Shown here piece by piece: positions 22,864 to 37,097 of a DNA stretch of 64,000 nucleotides. Each line of letters opens with the position of its first letter. The first letter of the stretch is position 1. Source of the stretch: Escherichia coli (GTDB taxonomy: Bacteria; Pseudomonadota; Gammaproteobacteria; Enterobacterales; Enterobacteriaceae). The stretch lies in assembly GCF_046105845.1 (NCBI RefSeq), contig NZ_CP151004.1; one strand, written 5' to 3'. The translations under genes were made by a program, and so were the position numbers. The notes under the pieces are model-generated. The model saw only the letters and a program-made list of their open reading frames with translations. It was not told the DNA's origin and ran no database searches.

Positions 22864-24204
22864 GTGACTACATTAACGCTTGTTTTAACAGCAGTAGGGT
22901 CTGTTTTACTGCTGCTGTTTTTAGTCATGAAGGCGCGTATGCACGCTTTCCTGGCTTTAATGGTGGTGTCCATGGGGGCTGGCCTTTTTTCCGGTATGCC
23001 GCTCGATAAAATCGCAGCGACGATGGAAAAAGGGATGGGAGGCACCCTCGGCTTCCTGGCGGTGGTTGTCGCCCTGGGAGCTATGTTTGGCAAGATCTTA
23101 CATGAAACCGGCGCAGTCGATCAGATTGCCGTCAAAATGCTTAAATCCTTCGGTCACAGCCGCGCACATTATGCCATCGGCCTTGCGGGGCTGGTTTGTG
23201 CACTACCGCTGTTCTTTGAAGTGGCGATTGTTCTGCTGATTAGCGTTGCTTTCTCAATGGCGCGCCACACCGGTACGAACCTGGTGAAGCTTGTAATCCC
23301 ATTATTCGCAGGCGTGGCGGCAGCGGCGGCATTCCTGGTGCCTGGACCAGCGCCAATGCTGCTGGCATCGCAGATGAACGCCGACTTTGGCTGGATGATC
23401 CTGATTGGCCTGTGTGCGGCAATTCCGGGAATGATTATTGCCGGGCCGCTGTGGGGTAATTTCATCAGCCGCTACGTGGAGTTGCATATTCCTGACGACA
23501 TCAGCGAACCACATCTCGGTGAAGGCAAAATGCCGTCCTTCGGATTCAGCCTGTCGCTGATCCTGTTGCCACTGGTGCTGGTGGGGCTGAAAACCATTGC
23601 CGCGCGCTTTGTGCCGGAAGGCTCTACCGCTTACGAATGGTTCGAGTTTATTGGTCATCCGTTTACCGCGATTCTGGTTGCTTGTCTGGTAGCAATTTAT
23701 GGCCTGGCAATGCGTCAGGGTATGCCAAAAGACAAAGTGATGGAGATTTGTGGTCACGCGCTGCAACCGGCGGGGATCATTCTGCTGGTGATTGGTGCAG
23801 GCGGCGTGTTCAAACAGGTGCTGGTTGACTCTGGCGTAGGTCCGGCACTGGGCGAAGCGTTAACCGGCATGGGCCTGCCGATTGCCATCACCTGCTTCGT
23901 GCTGGCAGCTGCAGTGCGCATCATTCAGGGTTCTGCCACCGTTGCCTGTTTAACGGCGGTGGGACTGGTGATGCCGGTTATTGAACAACTGAACTACTCC
24001 GGTGCGCAAATGGCGGCGCTGTCGATTTGTATCGCCGGTGGTTCGATTGTTGTCAGCCACGTTAACGACGCCGGTTTCTGGTTGTTCGGTAAATTTACCG
24101 GCGCGACTGAAGCCGAAACACTGAAAACCTGGACCATGATGGAAACCATCCTCGGCACTGTCGGTGCCATCGTTGGGATGATTGCTTTCCAGCTGTTGAG
24201 TTAA
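22864..24204 (+). CDS. gntU: Low-affinity gluconate:H+ symporter GntU (GntP family)
   Basis: 446 aa, GTG start 4 nt after the gntK stop. Polytopic membrane protein paralogous to GntT in this window. Confidence 0.92.
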   Translation: MTTLTLVLTAVGSVLLLLFLVMKARMHAFLALMVVSMGAGLFSGMPLDKIAATMEKGMGGTLGFLAVVVALGAMFGKILHETGAVDQIAVKMLKSFGHSRAHYAIGLAGLVCALPLFFEVAIVLLISVAFSMARHTGTNLVKLVIPLFAGVAAAAAFLVPGPAPMLLASQMNADFGWMILIGLCAAIPGMIIAGPLWGNFISRYVELHIPDDISEPHLGEGKMPSFGFSLSLILLPLVLVGLKTIAARFVPEGSTAYEWFEFIGHPFTAILVACLVAIYGLAMRQGMPKDKVMEICGHALQPAGIILLVIGAGGVFKQVLVDSGVGPALGEALTGMGLPIAITCFVLAAAVRIIQGSATVACLTAVGLVMPVIEQLNYSGAQMAALSICIAGGSIVVSHVNDAGFWLFGKFTGATEAETLKTWTMMETILGTVGAIVGMIAFQLLS

Positions 24205-24212
24205 GTTTGTTC

Positions 24213-24244
24213 GCCCGGTAGTTGTGACGCTACCGGGCTCTTTT
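24213..24244. terminator. Bidirectional terminator between convergent gntU and yhgN
   Basis: gcccggtag / ctaccgggc 9-bp stem followed by TCTTTT. Confidence 0.7.
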
Positions 24245-24260
24245 CGAAAAACTCTCCTCG

Positions 24261-24854
24261 TTACCCCTTCATCCACATTCGAATGCCGTCGAGGAACATC
24301 TGGGTTGCCATCATCACCAGAATCAATCCCATCAGGCGTTCAAGTGCATTCACCCCTTTCTCGCCCAGCAGACGTAAAAATAGCGAAGACTGTAGCAGGA
24401 TAACAAAGGTGCCGCCCCAGGCCAGTAGCAGAGCAATTACCAGATGTCCCATCTGATTCGGGTACTGATGAGACAACAACATCAGCGTGGCGAGAATAGT
24501 CGGCCCGGCGACTAACGGAATTGCCAACGGCACGATAAACGGCTCTTCACCTGCCGGAAGCCCGCTGCTATTTCCTGAAGCACTGGGGAAAATCATCTTA
24601 ATGGCGATCAGAAACAGAATGATGCCGCCAGAAATGGAGACGGTTTCTGCCCGCAGGCTAAGAAATGCCAGAATTTTCTCACCCGCAAACAGGAACACCA
24701 GCATCACCAGGAGAGCAATAAGCAACTCTCGCACCATGATTGCCCGCCGTCTTTTCGGTTCAGTATGTTTCAGTACGGACATGAAAATAGGTAGGTTTCC
24801 GAGCGGATCCATAATCAGGATCAATAAAACTGCTGCAGAAATGATTTCATTCAT
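24261..24854 (-). CDS. yhgN: MarC family (UPF0056) inner membrane protein YhgN
   Basis: 197 aa, six hydrophobic segments. Position between gntU and asd. Confidence 0.88.
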   Translation of the reverse strand: MNEIISAAVLLILIMDPLGNLPIFMSVLKHTEPKRRRAIMVRELLIALLVMLVFLFAGEKILAFLSLRAETVSISGGIILFLIAIKMIFPSASGNSSGLPAGEEPFIVPLAIPLVAGPTILATLMLLSHQYPNQMGHLVIALLLAWGGTFVILLQSSLFLRLLGEKGVNALERLMGLILVMMATQMFLDGIRMWMKG

Positions 24855-25045
24855 AACTCAAATTCCCTGATAATTGCCGCGGACTTTCTGCGTGCTAACA
24901 AAGCAGGATAAGTCGCATTACTGATGGCTTCGCTATCATTGATTAATTTCACTTGCGACTTTGGCTGCTTTTTGTATGGTGAAAGATGTGCCAAGAGGAG
25001 ACCGGCACATTTATACAGCACACATCTTTGCAGGAAAAAACGCTT

Positions 25046-26149
25046 ATGAAAAATGTTGGTTTTATCGGCTGGCGCGGTATGGTCGGCTCCGTTCTCATGC
25101 AACGCATGGTTGAAGAGCGCGACTTCGACGCCATTCGCCCTGTCTTCTTTTCTACTTCTCAGCTTGGTCAGGCTGCGCCGTCTTTTGGCGGAACCACTGG
25201 CACACTTCAGGATGCCTTTGATCTGGAGGCGCTAAAGGCCCTCGATATCATTGTGACCTGTCAGGGCGGCGATTATACCAACGAAATCTATCCAAAGCTT
25301 CGTGAAAGCGGATGGCAAGGTTACTGGATTGACGCAGCATCGTCTCTGCGCATGAAAGATGACGCCATCATCATTCTTGACCCCGTCAATCAGGACGTCA
25401 TTACCGACGGATTAAATAATGGCATCAGGACTTTTGTTGGCGGTAACTGTACCGTAAGCCTGATGTTGATGTCGTTGGGTGGTTTATTCGCCAATGATCT
25501 TGTTGATTGGGTGTCCGTTGCAACCTACCAGGCCGCTTCCGGCGGTGGTGCGCGACATATGCGTGAGTTATTAACCCAGATGGGCCATCTGTATGGCCAT
25601 GTGGCAGATGAACTCGCGACCCCGTCCTCTGCTATTCTCGATATCGAACGCAAAGTCACAACCTTAACCCGTAGCGGTGAGCTGCCGGTGGATAACTTTG
25701 GCGTGCCGCTGGCAGGTAGCCTGATTCCGTGGATCGACAAACAGCTCGATAACGGTCAGAGCCGCGAAGAGTGGAAAGGGCAGGCGGAAACCAACAAGAT
25801 CCTCAACACATCTTCCGTAATTCCGGTAGATGGTTTATGTGTGCGTGTCGGGGCATTGCGCTGCCACAGCCAGGCATTCACTATTAAATTGAAAAAAGAT
25901 GTGTCTATTCCGACCGTGGAAGAACTGCTGGCTGCGCACAATCCGTGGGCGAAAGTCGTTCCGAACGATCGGGAAATCACTATGCGTGAGCTAACCCCAG
26001 CTGCCGTTACCGGCACGCTGACCACGCCGGTAGGCCGCCTGCGTAAGCTGAATATGGGACCAGAGTTCCTGTCAGCCTTTACCGTGGGCGACCAGCTGCT
26101 GTGGGGGGCCGCGGAGCCGCTGCGTCGGATGCTTCGTCAACTGGCGTAA
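25046..26149 (+). CDS. asd: Aspartate-semialdehyde dehydrogenase
   Basis: 367 aa from the internal ATG ([18 protein letters not shown] site). Active-site Cys context GGNCTVS. Confidence 0.95.
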
Positions 26150-26421
26150 TCTTTATTCATTAAATCTGGGGCGCGATGCCGCCCCTGTTAGTGCGTAATA
26201 CAGGAGTAAGCGCAGATGTTTCATGATTTACCGGGAGTTAAATAGAGCATTGGCTATTCTTTAAGGGTGGCTGAATACATGAGTATTCACAGCCTTACCT
26301 GAAGTGAGGACGACGCAGAGAGGATGCACAGAGTGCTGCGCCGTTCAGGTCAAAAAAATGTCACAACCAGAAGTCAAAAATCCAGTTGGATGGGGTGACA
26401 CAATAAAACAGGAAGACAAGC

Positions 26422-28608
26422 ATGTCCGATCGTATCGATAGAGACGTGATTAACGCGCTAATTGCAGGCCATTTTGCGGATCCTTTTTCCGTACTGGGAA
26501 TGCATAAAACCACCGCGGGACTGGAAGTCCGTGCCCTTTTACCCGACGCTACCGATGTGTGGGTGATTGAACCGAAAACCGGGCGCAAACTCGCAAAACT
26601 GGAGTGTCTCGACTCTCGTGGATTCTTTAGCGGTGTCATTCCGCGACGTAAGAATTTTTTCCGCTATCAACTGGCTGTTGTCTGGCATGGTCAGCAAAAC
26701 CTGATAGATGATCCTTACCGTTTTGGTCCGCTAATCCAGGAAATGGATGCCTGGCTATTATCTGAAGGTACTCACCTGCGCCCGTATGAAACCTTAGGCG
26801 CGCATGCAGATACTATGGATGGCGTCACAGGTACGCGTTTTTCTGTCTGGGCTCCAAACGCCCGTCGGGTCTCGGTGGTTGGGCAATTCAACTACTGGGA
26901 CGGTCGCCGTCATCCGATGCGCCTGCGTAAAGAGAGCGGCATCTGGGAACTGTTTATCCCTGGGGCGCATAACGGTCAGCTCTATAAATATGAGATGATT
27001 GATGCCAATGGCAACTTGCGTCTGAAGTCCGACCCTTATGCCTTCGAAGCGCAAATGCGCCCGGAAACCGCGTCTCTTATTTGCGGGCTGCCGGAAAAGG
27101 TTGTGCAGACTGAAGAGCGCAAAAAAGCGAATCAGTTTGATGCGCCAATCTCTATTTATGAAGTTCACCTGGGCTCCTGGCGTCGCCACACCGACAACAA
27201 TTTCTGGTTAAGCTACCGCGAGCTGGCCGATCAACTGGTGCCTTATGCTAAATGGATGGGCTTTACCCACCTCGAACTGCTGCCCATTAACGAGCATCCG
27301 TTCGATGGCAGTTGGGGTTATCAGCCAACCGGCCTGTATGCACCGACCCGCCGTTTTGGTACCCGCGACGACTTCCGTTATTTCATTGATGCCGCACACG
27401 CAGCTGGTCTGAACGTGATTCTCGACTGGGTGCCAGGCCACTTCCCGACCGATGACTTTGCGCTTGCCGAATTTGATGGCACGAACTTGTATGAACACAG
27501 CGATCCGCGCGAAGGCTATCATCAGGACTGGAATACGCTGATCTACAACTATGGTCGCCGTGAAGTCAGTAACTTCCTTGTCGGTAACGCGCTTTACTGG
27601 ATCGAACGTTTTGGTATTGATGCGCTGCGCGTCGATGCGGTGGCGTCAATGATTTATCGTGACTACAGCCGTAAAGAGGGGGAGTGGATCCCGAACGAAT
27701 TTGGCGGGCGCGAGAATCTTGAAGCGATTGAATTCTTGCGTAATACCAACCGTATTCTTGGTGAGCAGGTTTCCGGTGCGGTGACAATGGCGGAGGAGTC
27801 TACCGATTTCCCTGGCGTTTCTCGTCCGCAGGACATGGGCGGTCTGGGCTTCTGGTACAAGTGGAACCTAGGCTGGATGCATGACACCCTGGACTACATG
27901 AAGCTCGACCCGGTTTATCGTCAGTATCATCACGATAAACTGACCTTCGGGATGCTCTACAACTACACTGAAAACTTCGTTCTGCCGTTGTCGCATGATG
28001 AAGTGGTCCACGGTAAAAAATCGATTCTCGACCGGATGCCGGGCGACGCATGGCAGAAATTCGCTAACCTGCGCGCCTACTACGGCTGGATGTGGGCATT
28101 CCCGGGCAAGAAATTGCTGTTCATGGGGAATGAATTTGCCCAGGGCCGCGAGTGGAACCATGACGCCAGCCTCGACTGGCATCTGTTGGAAGGCGGCGAT
28201 AACTGGCACCACGGTGTCCAGCGTCTGGTGCGCGATCTGAACCTCACCTACCGCCACCATAAAGCAATGCATGAACTGGATTTTGACCCGTACGGCTTTG
28301 AATGGCTGGTGGTGGATGACAAAGAACGCTCGGTGCTGATCTTTGTGCGTCGCGATAAAGAGGGTAACGAAATCATCGTTGCCAGTAACTTTACTCCGGT
28401 GCCGCGTCATGATTATCGCTTCGGCATTAACCAGCCGGGCAAATGGCGTGAAATCCTCAATACCGATTCCATGCACTATCACGGCAGTAATGCCGGCAAT
28501 GGCGGCACGGTACACAGCGATGAGATTGCCAGCCACGGTCGTCAGCATTCATTAAGCCTGACACTACCACCGCTGGCCACTATCTGGCTGGTTCGGGAGG
28601 CAGAATGA
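26422..28608 (+). CDS. glgB: 1,4-alpha-glucan branching enzyme GlgB
   Basis: 728 aa. GH13 catalytic motifs (DAVASM, GFRVDAV-like regions). Confidence 0.95.
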   Translation: MSDRIDRDVINALIAGHFADPFSVLGMHKTTAGLEVRALLPDATDVWVIEPKTGRKLAKLECLDSRGFFSGVIPRRKNFFRYQLAVVWHGQQNLIDDPYRFGPLIQEMDAWLLSEGTHLRPYETLGAHADTMDGVTGTRFSVWAPNARRVSVVGQFNYWDGRRHPMRLRKESGIWELFIPGAHNGQLYKYEMIDANGNLRLKSDPYAFEAQMRPETASLICGLPEKVVQTEERKKANQFDAPISIYEVHLGSWRRHTDNNFWLSYRELADQLVPYAKWMGFTHLELLPINEHPFDGSWGYQPTGLYAPTRRFGTRDDFRYFIDAAHAAGLNVILDWVPGHFPTDDFALAEFDGTNLYEHSDPREGYHQDWNTLIYNYGRREVSNFLVGNALYWIERFGIDALRVDAVASMIYRDYSRKEGEWIPNEFGGRENLEAIEFLRNTNRILGEQVSGAVTMAEESTDFPGVSRPQDMGGLGFWYKWNLGWMHDTLDYMKLDPVYRQYHHDKLTFGMLYNYTENFVLPLSHDEVVHGKKSILDRMPGDAWQKFANLRAYYGWMWAFPGKKLLFMGNEFAQGREWNHDASLDWHLLEGGDNWHHGVQRLVRDLNLTYRHHKAMHELDFDPYGFEWLVVDDKERSVLIFVRRDKEGNEIIVASNFTPVPRHDYRFGINQPGKWREILNTDSMHYHGSNAGNGGTVHSDEIASHGRQHSLSLTLPPLATIWLVREAE

Positions 28609-30578
28609 CACAACTCGCCATTGGCAAACCCGCTCCCCTCGGCGCGCATTACGACGGTCAGGGCGTCAACTTCACACTTTTCTCCGCTCATGCCGAGCGG
28701 GTAGAGCTGTCTGTCTTTGACGCCAATGGCCAGGAACATCGCTATGACTTGCCAGGGAACAGTGGCGACATTTGGCACGGTTATCTGCCGGATGCGCGCC
28801 CGGGTTTGCGTTATGGTTATCGCGTTCATGGCCCCTGGCAACCCGCCGAGGGGCATCGCTTTAACCCGGCGAAGTTGTTGATTGATCCTTGCGCGCGGCA
28901 AATTGACGGGGAATTTAAAGATAACCCGCTGCTGCACGCCGGTCATAATGAACCTGACTATCGCGACAACGCCGCCATTGCGCCGAAATGCGTAGTGGTG
29001 GTTGATCACTATGACTGGGAGGATGATGCTCCGCCGCGCACGCCGTGGGGCAGTACCATCATTTATGAAGCCCATGTCAAAGGATTAACGTACCTGCACC
29101 CGGAGATCCCGGTCGAGATCCGTGGCACTTATAAAGCCCTGGGGCATCCGGTGATGATCAACTATTTGAAACAGTTGGGCATTACCGCGCTGGAACTGCT
29201 GCCGGTGGCGCAGTTTGCCAGCGAACCACGCCTGCAACGTATGGGTCTAAGTAACTACTGGGGTTATAACCCGGTGGCGATGTTTGCGCTGCATCCGGCG
29301 TATGCCTGCTCCCCAGAAACGGCGCTGGATGAGTTTCGCGATGCAATCAAAGCACTGCATAAAGCGGGTATCGAAGTCATTCTTGATATCGTGCTCAACC
29401 ATAGTGCGGAACTGGACCTCGACGGTCCGTTATTCTCTCTGCGTGGGATCGACAACCGTAGCTATTATTGGATAAGAGAAGACGGCGATTATCACAACTG
29501 GACCGGTTGTGGCAACACGCTCAATTTGAGTCATCCGGCGGTGGTGGATTATGCCAGCGCCTGCCTGCGTTATTGGGTAGAAACCTGCCACGTCGATGGT
29601 TTCCGCTTTGATCTGGCGGCAGTCATGGGCCGTACGCCAGAGTTTCGTCAGGATGCGCCGTTGTTTACCGCTATCCAGAACTGCCCGGTGCTCTCGCAGG
29701 TGAAGTTAATTGCTGAACCGTGGGATATTGCTCCTGGTGGTTATCAGGTGGGAAATTTCCCGCCGCTGTTTGCCGAGTGGAACGATCATTTCCGCGATGC
29801 TGCCCGTCGTTTCTGGCTTCATTATGATTTGCCTCTGGGGGCGTTTGCCGGGCGTTTTGCTGCCTCCAGCGATGTTTTTAAACGTAATGGTCGTCTGCCG
29901 AGTGCCGCGATTAATCTCGTCACCGCGCATGACGGTTTTACGCTTCGCGACTGCGTTTGCTTCAACCATAAACATAATGAAGCAAACGGAGAAGAAAATC
30001 GCGACGGGACCAACAACAATTACAGTAACAATCATGGTAAAGAAGGGTTAGGCGGTACTCTTGACTTGGTTGAACGGCGTCGCGACAGCATTCACGCCCT
30101 GTTAACAACGTTGTTACTCTCCCAGGGTACGCCGATGTTACTGGCCGGTGACGAACATGGTCACAGCCAGCATGGCAATAACAATGCCTACTGTCAGGAT
30201 AACCAATTAACCTGGTTGGACTGGTCGCAGGCAAGCAGTGGTTTAACCGCATTTACCGCCGCGTTAATCCATCTGCGCAAGCGCATTCCCGCTTTGGTGG
30301 AGAATCGCTGGTGGGAAGAAGGCGACGGCAATGTCCGTTGGCTAAATCGATATGCTCAACCTTTAAGCACGGATGAGTGGCAAAACGGGCCGAAACAGCT
30401 GCAAATTCTGCTCTCGGATCGCTTTTTGATCGCAATTAACGCCACGCTTGAGGTAACAGAGATTGTTTTACCTGCTGGGGAGTGGCACGCCATTCCCCCA
30501 TTCGCTGGAGAGGATAACCCAGTGATTACGGCTGTCTGGCAGGGACCTGCACACGGATTGTGTGTGTTCCAGAGATGA
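28605..30578 (+). CDS. glgX: Glycogen debranching enzyme GlgX
   Basis: 657 aa. ATGA overlap with glgB. GH13 motifs GFRFDLA and EPWD. Confidence 0.95.
30550..30564 (+). promoter_or_regulatory. CsrA-binding hairpin in the glgC leader (GGA in loop)
   Basis: cacacGGAttgtgtg hairpin 30 nt upstream of the glgC Shine-Dalgarno AAGGAG. Matches the characterised CsrA site of the glgCAP leader. Confidence 0.75.
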
Positions 30579-30595
30579 TAAAAAAGGAGTTAGTC

Positions 30596-31891
30596 ATGGT
30601 TAGTTTAGAGAAGAACGATCACTTAATGTTGGCGCGCCAGCTGCCATTGAAATCTGTTGCCCTGATACTGGCGGGAGGACGTGGTACCCGCCTGAAGGAT
30701 TTAACCAATAAGCGAGCAAAACCGGCCGTACACTTCGGCGGTAAGTTCCGCATTATCGACTTTGCGCTGTCTAACTGCATCAACTCCGGTATCCGTCGTA
30801 TGGGCGTGATCACCCAGTACCAGTCCCACACTCTGGTGCAGCACATTCAGCGCGGCTGGTCATTCTTCAATGAAGAAATGAACGAGTTTGTCGATCTGCT
30901 GCCAGCACAGCAGAGAATGAAAGGGGAAAACTGGTATCGCGGCACCGCAGATGCAGTTACCCAAAACCTCGACATTATCCGCCGTTATAAAGCGGAATAC
31001 GTGGTGATCCTGGCGGGCGACCATATCTACAAGCAAGACTACTCGCGTATGCTTATCGACCACGTCGAAAAAGGCGCACGTTGCACCGTTGCTTGTATGC
31101 CAGTACCGATTGAAGAAGCCTCCGCATTTGGCGTTATGGCGGTTGATGAGAACGATAAAATTATCGAATTCGTTGAAAAACCTGCTAACCCACCGTCAAT
31201 GCCGAACGATCCGAGCAAATCTCTGGCGAGTATGGGTATCTACGTCTTTGACGCCGACTATCTGTATGAACTGCTGGAAGAAGACGATCGCGATGAGAAC
31301 TCCAGCCACGACTTTGGCAAAGATTTGATTCCCAAGATCACCGAAGCCGGTCTGGCCTATGCGCACCCGTTCCCGCTCTCTTGCGTACAATCCGACCCGG
31401 ATGCCGAGCCGTACTGGCGCGATGTGGGTACGCTGGAAGCTTACTGGAAAGCGAACCTCGATCTGGCCTCTGTGGTGCCGGAACTGGATATGTACGATCG
31501 CAATTGGCCAATTCGCACCTACAATGAATCATTACCGCCAGCGAAATTCGTGCAGGATCGCTCCGGTAGCCACGGGATGACCCTTAACTCACTGGTATCC
31601 GGCGGTTGTGTGATCTCCGGTTCGGTGGTGGTGCAGTCCGTTCTGTTCTCGCGCGTTCGCGTGAATTCATTCTGCAACATTGATTCCGCCGTATTGTTAC
31701 CGGAAGTATGGGTAGGTCGCTCGTGCCGTCTGCGCCGCTGCGTCATCGATCGTGCTTGTGTTATTCCGGAAGGCATGGTGATTGGTGAAAACGCAGAGGA
31801 AGATGCACGTCGTTTCTATCGTTCAGAAGAAGGCATCGTGCTGGTAACGCGCGAAATGCTACGGAAGTTAGGGCATAAACAGGAGCGATAA
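30596..31891 (+). CDS. glgC: Glucose-1-phosphate adenylyltransferase GlgC
   Basis: 431 aa from ATG 30596 ([17 protein letters not shown]). Nucleotidyl-transferase motif GGRGTRL. Confidence 0.95.
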
Positions 31892-33324
31892 TGCAGGTTT
31901 TACATGTATGTTCAGAGATGTTCCCGCTGCTTAAAACCGGCGGTCTGGCTGATGTTATTGGGGCATTACCCGCAGCACAAATCGCAGATGGCGTTGACGC
32001 TCGCGTACTGTTGCCTGCATTTCCCGATATTCGCCGTGGCGTGACCGATGCGCAGGTAGTATCCCGTCGTGATACCTTCGCCGGACATATCACGCTGTTG
32101 TTCGGTCATTACAACGGGGTTGGCATTTACCTGATTGACGCGCCGCATCTCTATGATCGTCCGGGAAGCCCGTATCACGATACCAACTTATTTGCCTATA
32201 CCGACAACGTATTGCGTTTTGCGCTGCTGGGGTGGGTTGGGGCAGAAATGGCTAGCGGGCTTGACCCATTCTGGCGTCCTGATGTGGTGCATGCGCACGA
32301 CTGGCATGCAGGCCTTGCGCCTGCGTATCTGGCGGCGCGCGGGCGTCCGGCGAAGTCGGTGTTTACTGTGCACAACCTGGCCTATCAAGGCATGTTTTAT
32401 GCACATCACATGAATGACATCCAATTGCCATGGTCATTCTTTAATATTCATGGGCTGGAATTCAACGGACAAATCTCTTTTCTGAAGGCCGGTCTGTACT
32501 ATGCCGATCACATTACGGCAGTCAGTCCAACCTACGCTCGCGAGATCACCGAACCGCAGTTTGCCTACGGTATGGAAGGTCTGTTGCAACAGCGTCACCG
32601 TGAAGGGCGTCTTTCCGGCGTACTGAACGGCGTGGACGAGAAAATCTGGAGTCCAGAGACGGACTTACTGTTGGCCTCGCGTTACACCCGCGATACGTTG
32701 GAAGATAAAGCGGAAAATAAGCGCCAGTTACAAATCGCAATGGGGCTTAAGGTTGACGATAAAGTGCCGCTTTTTGCAGTGGTGAGCCGTCTGACCAGCC
32801 AGAAAGGTCTCGACCTGGTGCTGGAGGCCTTACCGGGTCTTCTGGAGCAGGGCGGGCAACTGGCGCTACTCGGCGCGGGCGATCCGGTGCTGCAGGAAGG
32901 TTTCCTTGCGGCGGCAGCGGAATACCCCGGCCAGGTGGGCGTTCAGATTGGCTATCACGAAGCATTTTCGCATCGCATTATGGGCGGCGCGGACGTCATT
33001 CTGGTGCCCAGCCGTTTTGAACCGTGCGGCTTAACGCAACTTTATGGATTGAAGTACGGTACGCTGCCGTTAGTGCGGCGCACCGGTGGGCTTGCTGATA
33101 CGGTTTCTGACTGTTCTCTTGAGAACCTTGCAGATGGCGTCGCCAGTGGGTTTGTCTTTGAAGATAGTAATGCCTGGTCGCTGTTACGGGCTATTCGACG
33201 TGCTTTTGTACTGTGGTCCCGTCCTTCACTGTGGCGGTTTGTGCAACGTCAGGCTATGGCAATGGATTTTAGCTGGCAGGTCGCGGCGAAGTCGTACCGT
33301 GAGCTTTACTATCGCTTGAAATAG
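31891..33324 (+). CDS. glgA: Glycogen synthase GlgA
   Basis: 477 aa. N-terminal KTGGL motif (LKTGGLADV). TAATG overlap with glgC. Confidence 0.95.
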
Positions 33325-35790
<2,466 letters not shown>

Positions 35791-35807
35791 GTTCGCAAAG
35801 TGGTAAC

Positions 35808-35856
35808 TGCCGTGTGTTCTCTTAAAGCTATCGTTAATGGGCACACGGCATTTTTA
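35808..35856 (+). terminator. Terminator-like hairpin downstream of glgP
   Basis: tgccgtgtg ... cacacggca 9-bp stem followed by TTTTTAT. The loop is long (25 nt). Confidence 0.55.
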
Positions 35857-36272
35857 TATCAGATAAACGATATGTCATGACAATTTACAGACAGCATCGA
35901 TATATAATTCATATTTATTAATTTTTAATAATGATTCTCATCTGAGTATGTATCATACAATAAGCATTATAAATAACCAATAAATTATTTATTATATTTA
36001 TATATTGCCCCACTCTTCAGTTATCCTGTCTAAAATAAATCTCTTTGTTTTCAAATGACTGTATTTTTATATAAAGTCAATCATTGCGAGCATGGATTCT
36101 TTTAGTTATATTACCAAGCAGCTCATATAATATTTTCAAGCCATTCTATCTCTTATTTTTTCTGTGGTTAACTACACCAGCTTTATTCATTTAAATAATT
36201 TGACTTATTAAAGCTGAATGTAAAAATAATCGCCAATATTGCTTGGATTTTTTAACAAAAGGAAAGGTATAA

Positions 36273-36977
36273 ATGAAATTCAATCTATCTAATTTATCAG
36301 CAGTTTTACTCGCATCAGGTATGCTGATGTCAACTGCGGTAACCGCTGCGCCAGGCGATGCATCACAATTTGGTGGTGCGGATACAGACTGGAGCACCGT
36401 TGATTATCCAAAACTCACCGATATGGATAACAACACCGATGCGATGGGCGGAAACATCCGCTTTACTGGTCGTGTGGTTAAAGCGACGTGTAAGGTTGCT
36501 ACAGAATCGAAACAGATTGAAGTGGTACTGCCAGTCGTACCTTCTAACGCTTTCACGGGCATTGATACCGAAGCAACGGGCGCCAGTAACCAGACTGACT
36601 TCAACATTAAACTGACTGATTGTAGCAATACGGACAGTCAAAACATTGAATTTCGTTTTACTGGCGTAGCAGACGGTGCCAACCAGACGCTTGCCAATGA
36701 AGTGGAAGGAGCTACTGATGCTGATGGTACTGGCGAAGCGGGAGCTACAGGTGTAGGGATTCGTATTTATTCTAAAAACACGACAACTGATGGCCTGATT
36801 AAACTGAACACACAAACTCCCCAGGGGAGTAGTTCTTCAGCAGCCTACGTGATTCCTGGCGATGCTGCCACTCATGATTTTACTGCGGCATTTACCGCGG
36901 GCTATGCTCAGAACGGTAGTACCGTTGCACCAGGTCTGGTGAAATCGACGGCAAGTTTCGTCGTGCTGTACGAATAA
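36273..36977 (+). CDS. Fimbrial major subunit candidate (type-1/FimA-like pilin family, atypically long)
   Basis: 234 aa with signal peptide. Conserved pilin Cys pair (ATCKV ... LTDCSN). C-terminal beta-strand ASFVVLYE typical of chaperone-usher subunits. Strong SD AAGGAAAGG. First gene of the fimbrial island. Confidence 0.85.
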   Translation: MKFNLSNLSAVLLASGMLMSTAVTAAPGDASQFGGADTDWSTVDYPKLTDMDNNTDAMGGNIRFTGRVVKATCKVATESKQIEVVLPVVPSNAFTGIDTEATGASNQTDFNIKLTDCSNTDSQNIEFRFTGVADGANQTLANEVEGATDADGTGEAGATGVGIRIYSKNTTTDGLIKLNTQTPQGSSSSAAYVIPGDAATHDFTAAFTAGYAQNGSTVAPGLVKSTASFVVLYE

Positions 36978-36989
36978 TTACAGCAAGAT

Positions 36990-37023
36990 AATTTCAGGTT
37001 ACAGTTACTTGTAACCTGAAATT
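36990..37023 (+). terminator. Perfect 14-bp stem-loop after the major subunit gene (probable intra-operon attenuator)
   Basis: aatttcaggttaca-gttact-tgtaacctgaaatt, 12 nt after the stop codon. No strong U-tract follows, so partial termination or a stability element is more likely than a full terminator. Confidence 0.6.
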
Positions 37024-37097
37024 AATATTACATGTTTATTTGTAATAAATAGACATGCATCAGTAATTACAATTAATTTCATCTACAAGGATGCAGT

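Noticed and set aside
26267-26293. Near-perfect inverted repeat ggctgaatac-atga-gtattca(ca)gcc upstream of glgB
   Set aside because: Could be a regulatory hairpin or protein site, but it is short, bulged and I have no independent support. Not reported as a feature.
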